From Octopus sinensis (Eukaryota): 64,000 nucleotides of DNA. The notes beneath the pieces are model-generated. The model had not been told where the DNA came from and ran no database searches. It saw only the letters and a list, made by a program, of their open reading frames with translations. Each line of letters begins with the position of its first letter. The stretch's first letter is position 1. Shown in pieces: positions 53,065-64,000 of this stretch. Location of the stretch: contig NC_043004.1 in the NCBI RefSeq assembly GCF_006345805.1, positions 40,486,001 through 40,550,000 of the forward strand, written 5' to 3'. The translations under genes and the position numbers were made by a program.

Positions 53065-53364
53065 TTCACCGTGACCGACCAGGCTATCAGACGTTGCTAC
53101 ACATCGCTAGTCACAATGCGCTTCGCATTGTTTTAGCCTTCAAATGACGCCACTCTGCTGGCTAAGCGAGAAGATCAACAGAAGAAAGAGTGAGAGAAAG
53201 TTGTAGCGAAAGAGTACAGCCGTGATCGCCCCCTCCCCTGCCAGAGCCTCATGGAGGTTTATGTGTTTTAGCTCAATAAGCACTCACAATGCCTGGTCTC
53301 GGAATCGAAACTGCAATCCTCCGACCATGAGTCCGCTGCCTTAACCACTGGGCCATTGTGCCTC

Positions 53365-53365
<1 letters not shown>
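53065..53365 (-). mobile_element. tRNA-derived SINE sharing the family C head but with a different tail
   Basis: Head gaggcacaatggcccagtggttaaggcagcggactc as in 8907; tail ...ctgatagcctggtcggtcacggtga also at 48232-48455. Confidence 0.8.
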
Positions 53366-53398
<33 letters not shown>

Positions 53399-53699
53399 AG
53401 CGTTATACTAATACATCTGTTTGTTTTCTACATCACCTGTCTTCGTCTTTTGTTTTTTCGTGAACTCTCCCTATATATATATACATACATATACATATAT
53501 AAATATATATGTGTGTATATATATATATAATTATATATGTATATATGTGTGTGTATGTGTGTATGTATATATACATATGTGTGTGTGTGTGTATGCATAT
53601 ATATAATATATTATATTTATATACATACTAAATTTGATTAGAGATTATGTTAACGTTCTCTGTGGGACAAGCCCATTGTAGTTTAGGCTTCCACCACTA

Positions 53700-54662
53700 G
53701 AAACCACTTGATGTGACTCTTGGGCATCAGTCTGCTTACTGGCATCATTGTTGGGAATTGTACTACCATGTGGTGCGTCTTTGTTTTCCAGTGCTCCTCC
53801 CCTGTTTGTCAATTTTTGTGATGGCTGAAACAAAAGAAGAGCATAGAAATTCTGTGAAATTCTGTTTTCTTCTGGGGAAAAATGGCAGCCGAAACAGTTT
53901 TCATGCTTCCGACAGCTTACAAGGATACTGCCATGAGCAAGGAAACAAGCTTACAAGTGGTTTACACACTTTTAGAATGGTCATTTGTTGCTTGAAGACC
54001 AACCTCATTCAGGGCAACTGTTGACCTCCTGAATGAATGAAAATACAATGAAAATTCATGAACTGATCATGGAGGACCACAACCAAACAAATGATGAACT
54101 TGTTGATATAACTGATGTGTCCTGGAGCTCCTGCCAACAAATTTTGAGCGAAGAATTGGGAATGAAAAGAGTTGCAGCAAAATTTGTGCCTCGATTGCTC
54201 ATCATCGTTTAACGTCCACTTTCCATGCTAGCATGGGTTGGACGGTTCAATTGGGATCTGGGAAGCCAGAAGGCTGCACCAGGCCCAGTCTGATCTGGCA
54301 GTGTTTCTACAGCTGGATGCCCTTCCTAACGCCATGGTAGACCAAAAGCAGTCATGACTGAATTCATGTCATGAACTGAAAGAGTGGTTGGAAGCTGATC
54401 CAGACCTTTTTTTGTAAGTCATCACTGGTGACAAAAGCAGATATGGAAGAGGTGAAAAAGAAAAAAAAATATCTACAGAGGCTTTAAAATGCATCACTTC
54501 GTAAGAGTTCCAGGACTGCTTCAAACAGTGGAAAACACATCTGGAATGATGCATTGCTTCAAATGGAGAATACTTTGAAGGTGATCAAAGTGTAGATATG
54601 TAAAATTAAGTGAATAAAATAATATTGCAAAATTCCAGTTTCTTTTAGGTGTACCCCCTCGT
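53700..54662 (+). mobile_element. Decayed, internally deleted mariner with an RTE 3' insertion
   Basis: MAETKEEHRNSVKFCFLLGK, LGMKRVAAKFVPRLL, VITGDK remnants; right end ...GTACCCCCTCG; RTE fragment at 54200-54333 (-). Confidence 0.75.
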
Positions 54663-54665
54663 GTA

Positions 54666-54717
<52 letters not shown>

Positions 54718-54732
54718 TGTATATATATGCAC

Positions 54733-55478
54733 ACAAGGTATGATGGGTAAATTGTTGCCATTTTATATTTTTTATTTCGCACATGCACAATGTTTCTTTT
54801 TAATTTTGTTAACACTACACAGTATAGTAGGGTCAGTTGGGCACTGTCTGTGAGAAAAACAGCACCATGACACAATTTGCTCTGCCAAAAATTTGGAAAC
54901 AACAAGCTGTACTGCTTGACATTGATTCCAGAAGCTCCAATATGAACAGATAGTGAACACACAGAACAACTGTTGGCTTGCCGTGTCCTCAGAACATGTA
55001 CCAAGAGCTATAAAAATCAAACATCTAGTCGATATCATGGTGTTTGGAGTGTTCACTAGTGATGGTGACGTTATGCCTCCATTCATCTTCCCACATGGCT
55101 TCACACTCAGCATGGAGGCCTACATCAAGTGCCTGGAGGAGGTAGTGCTGCATTGGGTCAAGAGGGTGGCTGCTGGGAGACTCTATGCCTGGCGACAGAA
55201 CTCTGCACCATGCCACACAAGTAGGAGAACCCAGTCATGGGTGTCAGACAATTTCTGTGACTTCACCTGTCCAACTTAAACAAGGAGATTGTTCAGAAGA
55301 GTTGCAAGAAATTCTGAAGTCATCTGGAGACTGTTGTTGCAGCCAATGGTGATTTTATTGAATAAATTTACTCTTTAGCATTTCAAGAGATTTTTTAATG
55401 TAATTTTGGTAAATATATCTGTTAAAATGACGTGTCAGTATTATTTTCATTTAGATGACAGTTTATTCACCGCACCCT
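54733..55478 (+). mobile_element. Internally deleted DD37D (maT-like) transposon
   Basis: ORF 54953-55279 IMVFGVFTSDGDVMPPFIF...WRQNSAPCH; combined with 30676-30765, the D-to-D spacing is 37 residues. Confidence 0.8.
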
Positions 55479-55877
55479 ATACACACACACACACACATAC
55501 ACACACACACACATATATATATGTGTGTGTGTGGAGGCGCAATGGCCCAGTGACTAGATCTTTATATTCAACTAATCCAGAAACAGCCGTTCTCAAGTAA
55601 TCTTATGTACGTGTGATCTTTCATTATTTTTCCCTCTATACCTGTGTGAATTATCTTTGAGTATGCATTGTCCGGGAGATTTTTCTTATAGTAGAAGAAA
55701 TAGCTAAGATTTTTTGGCTGCTATTTCTAAAAGTTCGGTGTGTGGTAAAGTAAATTATTTTATTGAACCCTAATTATATAACGTAATGTTTTAAATATAC
55801 CGTAAATGGTCTTTTTACATACTGAACACTACTTGGTAAAATTAATTAATAATTAATAAATTTTACCCTTTTAGTAT

Positions 55878-55919
<42 letters not shown>

Positions 55920-55939
55920 TATATATATTTGTTGTGTAT

Positions 55940-56137
55940 ATATTACCCAAAATGTATAGTATTAAATATTCATCATGGCTGATCTTACCAATTGGTTTCA
56001 TGCAAAGAATACAATGGAGTGTTAGGTAACAGTCTGATTATATAACTTTACCAAACACTGCATTGTATTGTTTATGTGAAACCAGTCGGTAAGATCAGCC
56101 ATGGTGAATATTTAATATTACACATTTCGGATAATAT
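55940..56137. repeat. Hairpin/MITE-like palindrome (~90-bp arms)
   Basis: aaatattcatcatggctgatcttacc ... ggtaagatcagccatggtgaatattt. Confidence 0.75.
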
Positions 56138-56238
56138 ACCCACTTTACTGACAGATATACAAGTGCATCTTTTTCCTGACATATGGACTCATAGACAACT
56201 CATGCATATATGTATGTATATGTGTATATACATACATG

Positions 56239-56270
<32 letters not shown>

Positions 56271-56941
56271 TATATAATATATATGCATATATACATACAT
56301 ATATGTACATACTTACATATATATGTATATACATATGCCTGTGTGGGCACAGAATGTAAACAGGAAGTACAAATTATGAATACATGGAATATGAAATATT
56401 TCTGTGAACAACAAAAGAAACAAGTGGAAAACAAGACAACCAACATAAAGAATGACCCTTCGTCAGTCATTGGCTGTTTTCCTAATCCTTATTTTGAGCA
56501 ATTCACAACAAGATCTGCCTTTAATAAAACAGTTGCTCCCGCAAAGCAAATTAAATAAAATTTGGGATTTTGTGGAGGATTAAAATTGGTAACAAAAACA
56601 GAACAGTGAAAATGAACAGGAAGGGCTGCTAAGCTTAAATGAGGTGAGGTGGCAAACACGGAGGAAGAAGCTAGGACAGGAGACAGACAAGAATGCATCT
56701 GATTCCTGCAGTTGAATCAGAAGGAAAGAAATTCAAGTTAGGAAAAGAAAGAAAGATGACCGATGGTCACGTGGGAGCAATGAGAGAGCAAAGGAGGAAG
56801 AGTGAGGAAGAGAGAGGGACAGACAGAGAACGGTGAAGAGGAGAGGAAAAGAATTAGAGAAAGGGTGAGAGAGGAAAATAAATGAAAAGAGGAAAAGGGG
56901 AGATACATATTTATATATATACATATATATATATATATATA

Positions 56942-56988
<47 letters not shown>

Positions 56989-57024
56989 TGTATGTATGTA
57001 TATATGTATATATATATGTGTATG

Positions 57025-57067
<43 letters not shown>

Positions 57068-57274
57068 GTGTATGTGTGTGTGTGTGAGTGTATGTATATG
57101 TGTGTATATTGGCTCATCAACTGCATAAATAAGTGCCACACAGTGGGACTGAACCTAGAACCATGCTGTTGATAAAGAAATTTTTACCACACACCCATGG
57201 CTGCACCTCATTTTCTTCGGGATTTCTTAAGTATTTTGTATAAAAGTGGGTTGTGGAACAAGGGTCAGAGTTTC

Positions 57275-58223
57275 GCTAATGTTTCCATACTTATTTTGCT
57301 AATGTTTCCATAGTTATTTTGCTAATGTTTCCATAGTTATTTTGCTAATGTTTCCATAGTTATTTTGCTAATGTTTCCATAGTTATTTTGCTAATGTTTC
57401 CATAGTTATTTTGCTAATGTTTCCATAGTTATTTTGCTAATGTTTCCATAGTTATTTTGCTAATGTTTCCATAGTTATTTCACTAATGTTTCCATAGTTA
57501 TTTCACTAATGTTTCCATAGTTATTTTGCTAATGTTTCTATAGTTATTTTGCTAATGTTTCCATAGTTATTTTGTGCTAATGTTTCCATAGTTATTTTTG
57601 CTATGTTTCCATATTATTTTGCTAATGTTTCCATAGTTATTTCACTAATGTTTCCATAGTTATTTCACTAATGTTTCCATAGTTATTTTGCTAATGTTTC
57701 TATAGTTATTTTGCTAATGTTTCCATAGTTTATTTTGCTAATGTTTCCATAGTTCTTTTGCTATGTTTCCATAGTTTTTTGCTAATGTTTCCATAGTTAT
57801 TTTGCTAATGTTTCCATAGTTATTTTGCTAATGTTTCCATAGTTATTTTGCTAATGTTTCCATAGTTATTTTGCTAATGTTTCCATAGTTATTTTGCTAA
57901 TGTTTCCATAGTTATTTCACTAATGTTTCCATAGTTATTTCACTAATGTTTCCATAGTTATTTTGCTAATGTTTCTATAGTTATTTTGCTAATGTTTCCA
58001 TAGTTATTTTGCTAATGTTTCCATAGTTATTTTGCTAATGTTTCCATAGTTATTTTGCTAATGTTTCCATAGTTATTTTGCTAATTTTTCCATAGTTATT
58101 TTGCTAATTTTTCCATAGTTATTTTGCTAATGTTTCCATAGTTATTTTACTAATGTTTCCATAGTTATTTTGCTAATGTTGCCATAGTTACTTTGCTAAT
58201 GTTTCCATAGTTATTTTTCTAAT
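57275..58223 (+). repeat. 23-bp minisatellite, about 41 copies
   Basis: GCTAATGTTTCCATAGTTATTTT in head-to-tail array with no spacers. Confidence 0.95.
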
Positions 58224-58287
58224 GTTGTTGTTGCTGCTTCTAATGTTGCCTTTGCTATTGTAGTTGCTGATATTACTGATCTTGCTA

Positions 58288-58505
58288 AGGCAGCGAGCCG
58301 GCAGAATTGTCAGCACCCTGGACGAAACGCTTAGCGACATTTCACCCACCACTCTGTTCTTAATTCAAATTCTATCTTTGCCTTTCCCCACCTCTCATCT
58401 TTTGAGGCTGATAAATTAAGTGCCAGTGAAACACTGGGGTTAATATAATCAACTAGTCCCTTCCCCAAAAAATTTCAGGCCTTGTACCTTTGATAGAAGG
58501 GATAT
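58288..58505 (+). mobile_element. Meta-domain-like SINE
   Basis: ggcagcgagccggcagaattg head; gataaattaagtgccagtgaaacactgggg. Confidence 0.7.
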
Positions 58506-58574
58506 TACTGATCTTGCTATTGCTGTTGCTAATATTGAGGATATTGCTATTGCTAACGTTGTTGTTGTTTTGTT

Positions 58575-58605
<31 letters not shown>

Positions 58606-59063
58606 CTAATGCTGTTGCTGCATTCATTGAAGATATTTTGCTTATGATTATTGACATTATTGCTGTTATAAGAGTTGTTGTTTTTCTTCTTGCTGTCGTT
58701 TTTGTTGTTGTTGTCGTTGTTGTTGTTTATCTATTCTCCTACTCCTACCCCCACCCCGACTCCAGCTTGTCATTTCATCAGATCTCAAATTTTAGTGTGA
58801 TCAATACGAAGGATCAATAAGTATATGGAGAGGATAATATTAAAGTTACGTGAAAAAATATATAGAAATAAACAAATAAAAGTACAACAAGAGTAGCGAT
58901 AATAATATTAAATACAAAAAAAAAATCTGGTTCAAATATTAATATTTAACAAGATTGCCAAATGACGATATACAAAACAAAGATGTTGAGAATCATAAAA
59001 CAAGGAAAGGCAAGAGAGAAAGAGAGAGTGGCAGAGAAGAACACAGAGAGGCACAGAGAAAAA

Positions 59064-59112
<49 letters not shown>

Positions 59113-59377
59113 CACACACAACACAAGCACACGCATACACATACACACACATACATAGAGAGATATAGATATATATAGATAATAGATAGATACATACATA
59201 CATCCATAATACATATATACATACATATATATATTATATATATATATGTGTGTGTGTGTGTGCGCGTGTGCGTATGTGTGTGTGTGTGTAAATATAATAT
59301 TGACAATTATTCGGTAGCCATGATAAAACTCCGGGTTTCGGATATTGGGGCGGAAACCCACACTGCCATCTCTTCAC

Positions 59378-59725
59378 CAAGGACCAATCCTCAGTCCCCC
59401 CCTTGTTCATCATAGTCCTCCAGGCAATAACAGAGGAATTTAAGACAGGCTGCCCCTGGGAGCTCCTCTATGCTGATGACGTTGCTCTTATAGCTGAATC
59501 ACTACCTGAACTAGAAAAGAAGTTCCAGTATGAAAACAAAGTCTGGAATCAAAGGATCTTAGAGTTAACCTAGCAAAAACCAAAGTCTTAGTAAGTAGGA
59601 AGGCAGACAAATCAGAAATCCCTTCAGGTAGATGGCCCTGCTCGATCTGTAGAAAAGGCATAGGTAGAAGCTCCCCAAGATGCACCCAGTGTAAGATTTG
59701 GACATATAAAAGGTGTAGTAACAGG
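59378..59725 (+). pseudogene. Internal RTE RT/PHD fragment
   Basis: Homologous to ~19215-19560: LLYADDVAL...GRWPCSICRKG...RCTQCKIW. Confidence 0.85.
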
Positions 59726-60022
59726 GATGTTAAAAGATGATGATGATGATGACAACGACGGCGACAATGATATGCATGTCATAAATATATATATATATAC
59801 AAAATAAGAAAATGGAGAAATACATCTAAATCATTTATCAACTACCAGATAATACCCAATCATATACTTTATTAAACCACTACATAATAACATTAGGGTT
59901 AAACATAAAAATATATAACAAAACAGCGTACATGAATGAGTAATACAATACAAAAAGTACAATCATTATAAGAGGGTATAAATAAATAAATATAAATAGA
60001 TATAAATATAAATATACACTAT

Positions 60023-60149
60023 ATCTTACAGCTGTTTCGGCCATGCAGATAAATATGCCTCATTTTACCTATATTAGCCATGTATAGTATGCCAATATGA
60101 AGTTAAAATTGAGACATTCACAAAGATATCTTAAGGCCTCTTCGGAGAT
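60023..60149 (-). ncRNA. Type I hammerhead motif, U4C core, long structured stem II
   Basis: AUCU-CCGAAGA-GGCC(~90-nt imperfect hairpin)GGCC-GAAA-CAGCUG-U-A-AGAU; 3' tail runs to the TA tract near 59790. Confidence 0.75.
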
Positions 60150-60317
60150 TCTAAAGTATAAACCAAATTACATATACACTCATATAAGTGTGGGTACATA
60201 CCCATAATAAATCATTTACATATATATATGAGTGCATATACTCATACTCTTATACATACACATATACATATACATAATAATACAAATAATATTATAATAA
60301 TAATAGTAATAATAATA

Positions 60318-60349
<32 letters not shown>

Positions 60350-60752
60350 ATATATATTAAATATACATGTAGAGAGGAAAAGAGAAGAAAAGAAAGGGAG
60401 AAAGAGGGAAATAGATAGAGAAAAACTGGTAAAGTGATAAAACTAAAAGAAAGGAGAAAAAAAGTACCTTCTTTAAATATATATTTATGTAAATATTGCC
60501 AAGTTTATCCATTAAGATGCCAATGTTTCTAAAATCTGAAAAACTTTCTTTGAAAACCTCAAAGCACAGAAACATACAAACAGTGTAGCTGGAAACATTG
60601 TGTGTGTGTGTTTGTGTGTGTATAAATGGATGGGTGTGTGTTCATGTTTGTGTTCGATCATGTATATACATATGTAAATAGAAGTAGTTATAAATTATAT
60701 GATGTAAAAATATTATACAGATTCGTATCTTTCTCTTTCCTCCTCCCTCCCT

Positions 60753-60795
<43 letters not shown>

Positions 60796-61604
60796 ATAAT
60801 ATATATATATATATATAATATATATATATATATTAATATATATATATATTATATATATTATACATATATATTACATTATATATATATATATATATATATG
60901 ATGATTTTGATTTTTTGATTTGATTTTTCCAGTTTCAGCTTATACATTATATACATATATATATAATATACATATATATATATTATATATATATATATAT
61001 ATACATTATATATATATATATACATTATATATAATAATATATAATATACATTATATATATATTAATTTATATATATATAATATACATTATATATATATAT
61101 ACATATAATATACATATATATATATATTTATACACACACACATGCATGTGTGCATATATGCACACACAGATACACACGCATATGTAAATGCATATGCACG
61201 GCCACCCAGAAGAAATAACTAAGATCATGATGATCCCTCCAACCCATGCCAGTCTGGAAATCAAACACAAAAATGGTGATGGTATACATAAGTCTGTGTG
61301 CATGCATGCATGTCTGCATGTGTGTGTAACGTGAGAGAGAGAAAAGTCTATATATAGGATTTTACAAGAAACCTCGTTAGTAATTATAGACTTGAAAATA
61401 AAACTTCAGTTTATTAAGTCATCTGTCTTTTAAGAAACTAGTGCATTAACTATGCTCGCAACTAGAGTATTGTTTCAAGAGCTTGCATCATTTACTAGCA
61501 ATAAGAAACCCTGCAATCTATGTACCTTGGAATGTTTTGTTATATTATTTGCCAAAGATGTCAATGAAACGATTTTGCTTTATAGACATAGGTTTAAATA
61601 AAAA

Positions 61605-62007
61605 GGCGTAGGAGTGGCTGTGTGGTAAGTAGCTTGCTTACCAACCACATGGTTCTGGGTTCAGTCCTACTGCATGGCATCTTGGGCAAGTGTCTTCTAC
61701 TATAGCCTTGGGCTGACCAAAGCCTTGTGAGTGGATTTGGTTGACAGAAACAGAAAGAAGCCCGTTGTATATATGTATATATATATGTATGTGTGTGTGT
61801 ATGTGTGTATATGTTTGTGTGTCTGTGTTTGTCCCCCTAAACATCGCTTGACAACCGATGCTGGTGTGTTACGTCCCTGTAACCTAGTGGTTTGGCAAAA
61901 GAGACCGATAGAATAACTACTAGGCTTACAAAGAATAAGTCCTGGAGTCGATTTGCTCGACTAAAGGTGGTGCTCCAGCATGGCCACAGTCAAATGACTG
62001 AAACAAA
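61605..62007 (+). mobile_element. SINE family A, full length
   Basis: A/B boxes, CORE-like segment, tail. Confidence 0.85.
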
Positions 62008-63119
62008 TAATACAGTAAAATAGTAAAAGAGTACTCTGATGGTTGAAAAAAAATTGTGAATATGTTATAATATGATGCATGGATGCCAGGGAAGAATGTC
62101 CTGTGCATCACATGCATGTAAATAATACATGTGACCGGCCATGGGTGAACTTGCATAACTTTCATAACCAGTTCTGGTTAATACATGAACTGCATAATTT
62201 CACAATTACGCTGTGATTTTGTAAATGACATTACAAAGAGTGTGCCAAGTATATTACTTTGCTTCCACCTACACCTATTGACCCTTACTAACTTTGACTA
62301 TAGTCCCAACCCACACTATTCCTTTTGGTACTACCTTTAACATATCTCTGCCAATTAAGATCAATTATCGCATTGGAGACTTATCACCTAGATTATAATT
62401 ACAATCTTTAAATAAGATCCTTTTATAAGGTCTTAAATACATTTTTAAAGAATTTCTTTTTGGAAAGTCTTTTTATGCATCTCTTTATTAACATCATAAA
62501 ATATTCACATCCATTCTTCATATTCATACTCCAGTCTAATTTCCATTATTTTCTCTACCATTCTTAATCCATCTTCCCAATTATTTTCTCATCACCCCCG
62601 ACCACCGACATAAGTTTCAGTTGCCTGATTTACTCCAATCACCATTTAACTGCAATGATTTAATTTTTTAATTATTTGATAATTGAATTTAATTATTTCA
62701 TTACATAATTTTTTAATTACCCATAATTTGTTACAACTTGCAAGAATTACTCCCTTTTCAACCTTGTACAGTCATTAGCATACAGCTTCTTAAACTTACA
62801 TGCTCATACTCTACTTGTTTAGTCATATTTAACACTTCATTTTCATTAACTTAAGAGTGCATGACTTTATTCCCCACATTTTTCTTTCCTGTCTAATTTC
62901 AACACTTTTCTGCCAATAAATTGCTCCATATTTCATTCACATCCCTTTCACTTGTCCTACATTTTAATCTTGAATTCTAATTATACATCTTAATTTTTTT
63001 TTTAATTTGCCTTCTTTAAGAAACTGTCCTCTCCTTTAACCCTGGACTGACAAACCCTTGTGAGTGCATTTGATAGATGGAAGCTCATCGTATACATATA
63101 TATATTATATATATATATT

Positions 63120-63365
63120 GTGCCGGTGGCATGTAAAAAGCACCATCCGATCGTGGCCGTTTGCCAGCCTCGTCTGGCACGTAAAAAGCACCCACTACAC
63201 TCATGGAGTGGTTGGCGTTAGGAAGGGCATCCAGCCATAGAAACATTGCCTGATCAGACTGGCCCTGGTGCAGCCTTCTGGCTTCCCAGACCCTAGTTGA
63301 ACCGTCCAACCCATGCTAGCATGGAAAGTTGACGCTAAATGATGATGATGATGATGATGATGATA
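63120..63365 (+). mobile_element. RTE LINE 3'-UTR-derived copy
   Basis: Matches 4190-4414 and 20430-20626; (GAT)n tail. Confidence 0.85.
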
Positions 63366-63394
63366 TATATATATATATATATATTTATATAATA

Positions 63395-63545
63395 AGATAA
63401 AAATTGTTATGGCTAGTCTATGGGGTTACCCAGGGTTTCACATCCATAAGGTGCTTAGCTTTACAGCATCACCACCAGTCATTAGGGTCTGAAGAGACAC
63501 CATAAAGCTAAATGCCAATAGACTGGCCGTAACTGTCTTTATCTA
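63395..63545. mobile_element. Decayed palindrome with split hammerhead halves
   Basis: Right arm GGGU-CUGAAGA-GACACCAUAA; left arm (-) UUAUGGAUGU-GAAA-CCCUGGG-U-A-ACCC. Confidence 0.5.
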
Positions 63546-63726
63546 ATTACTCAACTGCTCTATAACTTAGAATGTGCTTCTCTTTCAGATTTACAATTTA
63601 CTGATGATATATATATATATATATATACAGTTAATCCAAACTTGAACAAGCAAGAAAAAGCAACATGAGGACGTGGAATAAGTACAGTGTTATTGGACGC
63701 TCAGGAAAGGAAAGAAAAGAAAGAGA

Positions 63727-63761
63727 ATTTCATGTTTCGAGCAAAGCTCTTTGTCAGAAAT
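63727..63761 (-). ncRNA. Degenerate minimal hammerhead (same family as 47076)
   Basis: AUUU-CUGACAA-A-GAGC(UUU)GCUC-GAAA-CA-U-G-AAAU; G8A and G17 predict inactivity. Confidence 0.45.
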
Positions 63762-63848
63762 ATAGAAAAAGTCCAAAGAAGGGAAGATGGAGAAAGAAAA
63801 TCGCCAATGATACACATGCGGTCACATATTGAATATATATATATTTAC

Positions 63849-63907
<59 letters not shown>

Positions 63908-64000
63908 TAAGGAGTGTGTGCGTTACATAAATAATATTTTCAGGATTAAATACAAAGGCAACAGATAGAAAACATGACCTACCTATATATATAATTAAAA

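Noticed and set aside
56390-56475. Minus-strand hammerhead (AUGA-CUGACGA...GAAA-UA-U-U-UCAU)
   Set aside because: No credible stem II; at most a decayed relic.
57275-58223. CRISPR-like array
   Set aside because: 23-bp units are directly adjacent with no unique spacers; eukaryotic context, no cas genes.
59300-59377. Complete hammerhead on the minus strand
   Set aside because: Only a 3' half (GAAA plus near-palindromic stem III) is visible; the 5' core is cut off by the RTE fragment. Similar half-motifs near 20705, 46558 and 55575 were also left uncalled.
62200-63040. Old LINE coding relic on the minus strand
   Set aside because: A-rich strand bias is suggestive, but I could not recover any diagnostic motif.

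Overview
AT-rich, microsatellite-saturated animal genomic DNA. The SINE repertoire and the (TA)n/(CA)n/(TAA)n density point to an octopus-type cephalopod (inference). No host protein-coding gene can be supported; most of the ORF track is microsatellite or SINE read-through. Recognisable content: one near full-length but frameshifted RTE LINE (about 16.2-20.6 kb) with a C4HC3 PHD-like finger inserted C-terminal of the RT core, plus many dispersed copies of its 3' end; at least three tRNA-headed SINE families (CORE-like, Meta-like, V-like); decayed DD34D mariner and DD37D transposons; piggyBac-type, Tigger-type and 8-bp-TSD MITEs (the last carrying TTAGGG arrays); a non-autonomous Helitron; two (TAA)n-anchored R4/Dong-like 3' fragments; two minisatellites; and a probable false 1.8-kb duplication across a 100-N gap. 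The main unexplained signal is about 15 type I hammerhead-ribozyme motifs from about 10 unrelated sequence families. Nearly all have a palindromic, loop-less or near loop-less stem III (dimer-type). Most lie in short non-coding elements that form outward-facing palindromes or partial tandems (monomers about 470-560 nt) next to (TA)n tracts. This suggests a diverse population of non-autonomous Penelope-like/retrozyme elements, one apparently fused to a tRNA-like Pol III head. All structures were folded by eye; ribozyme activity is untested.
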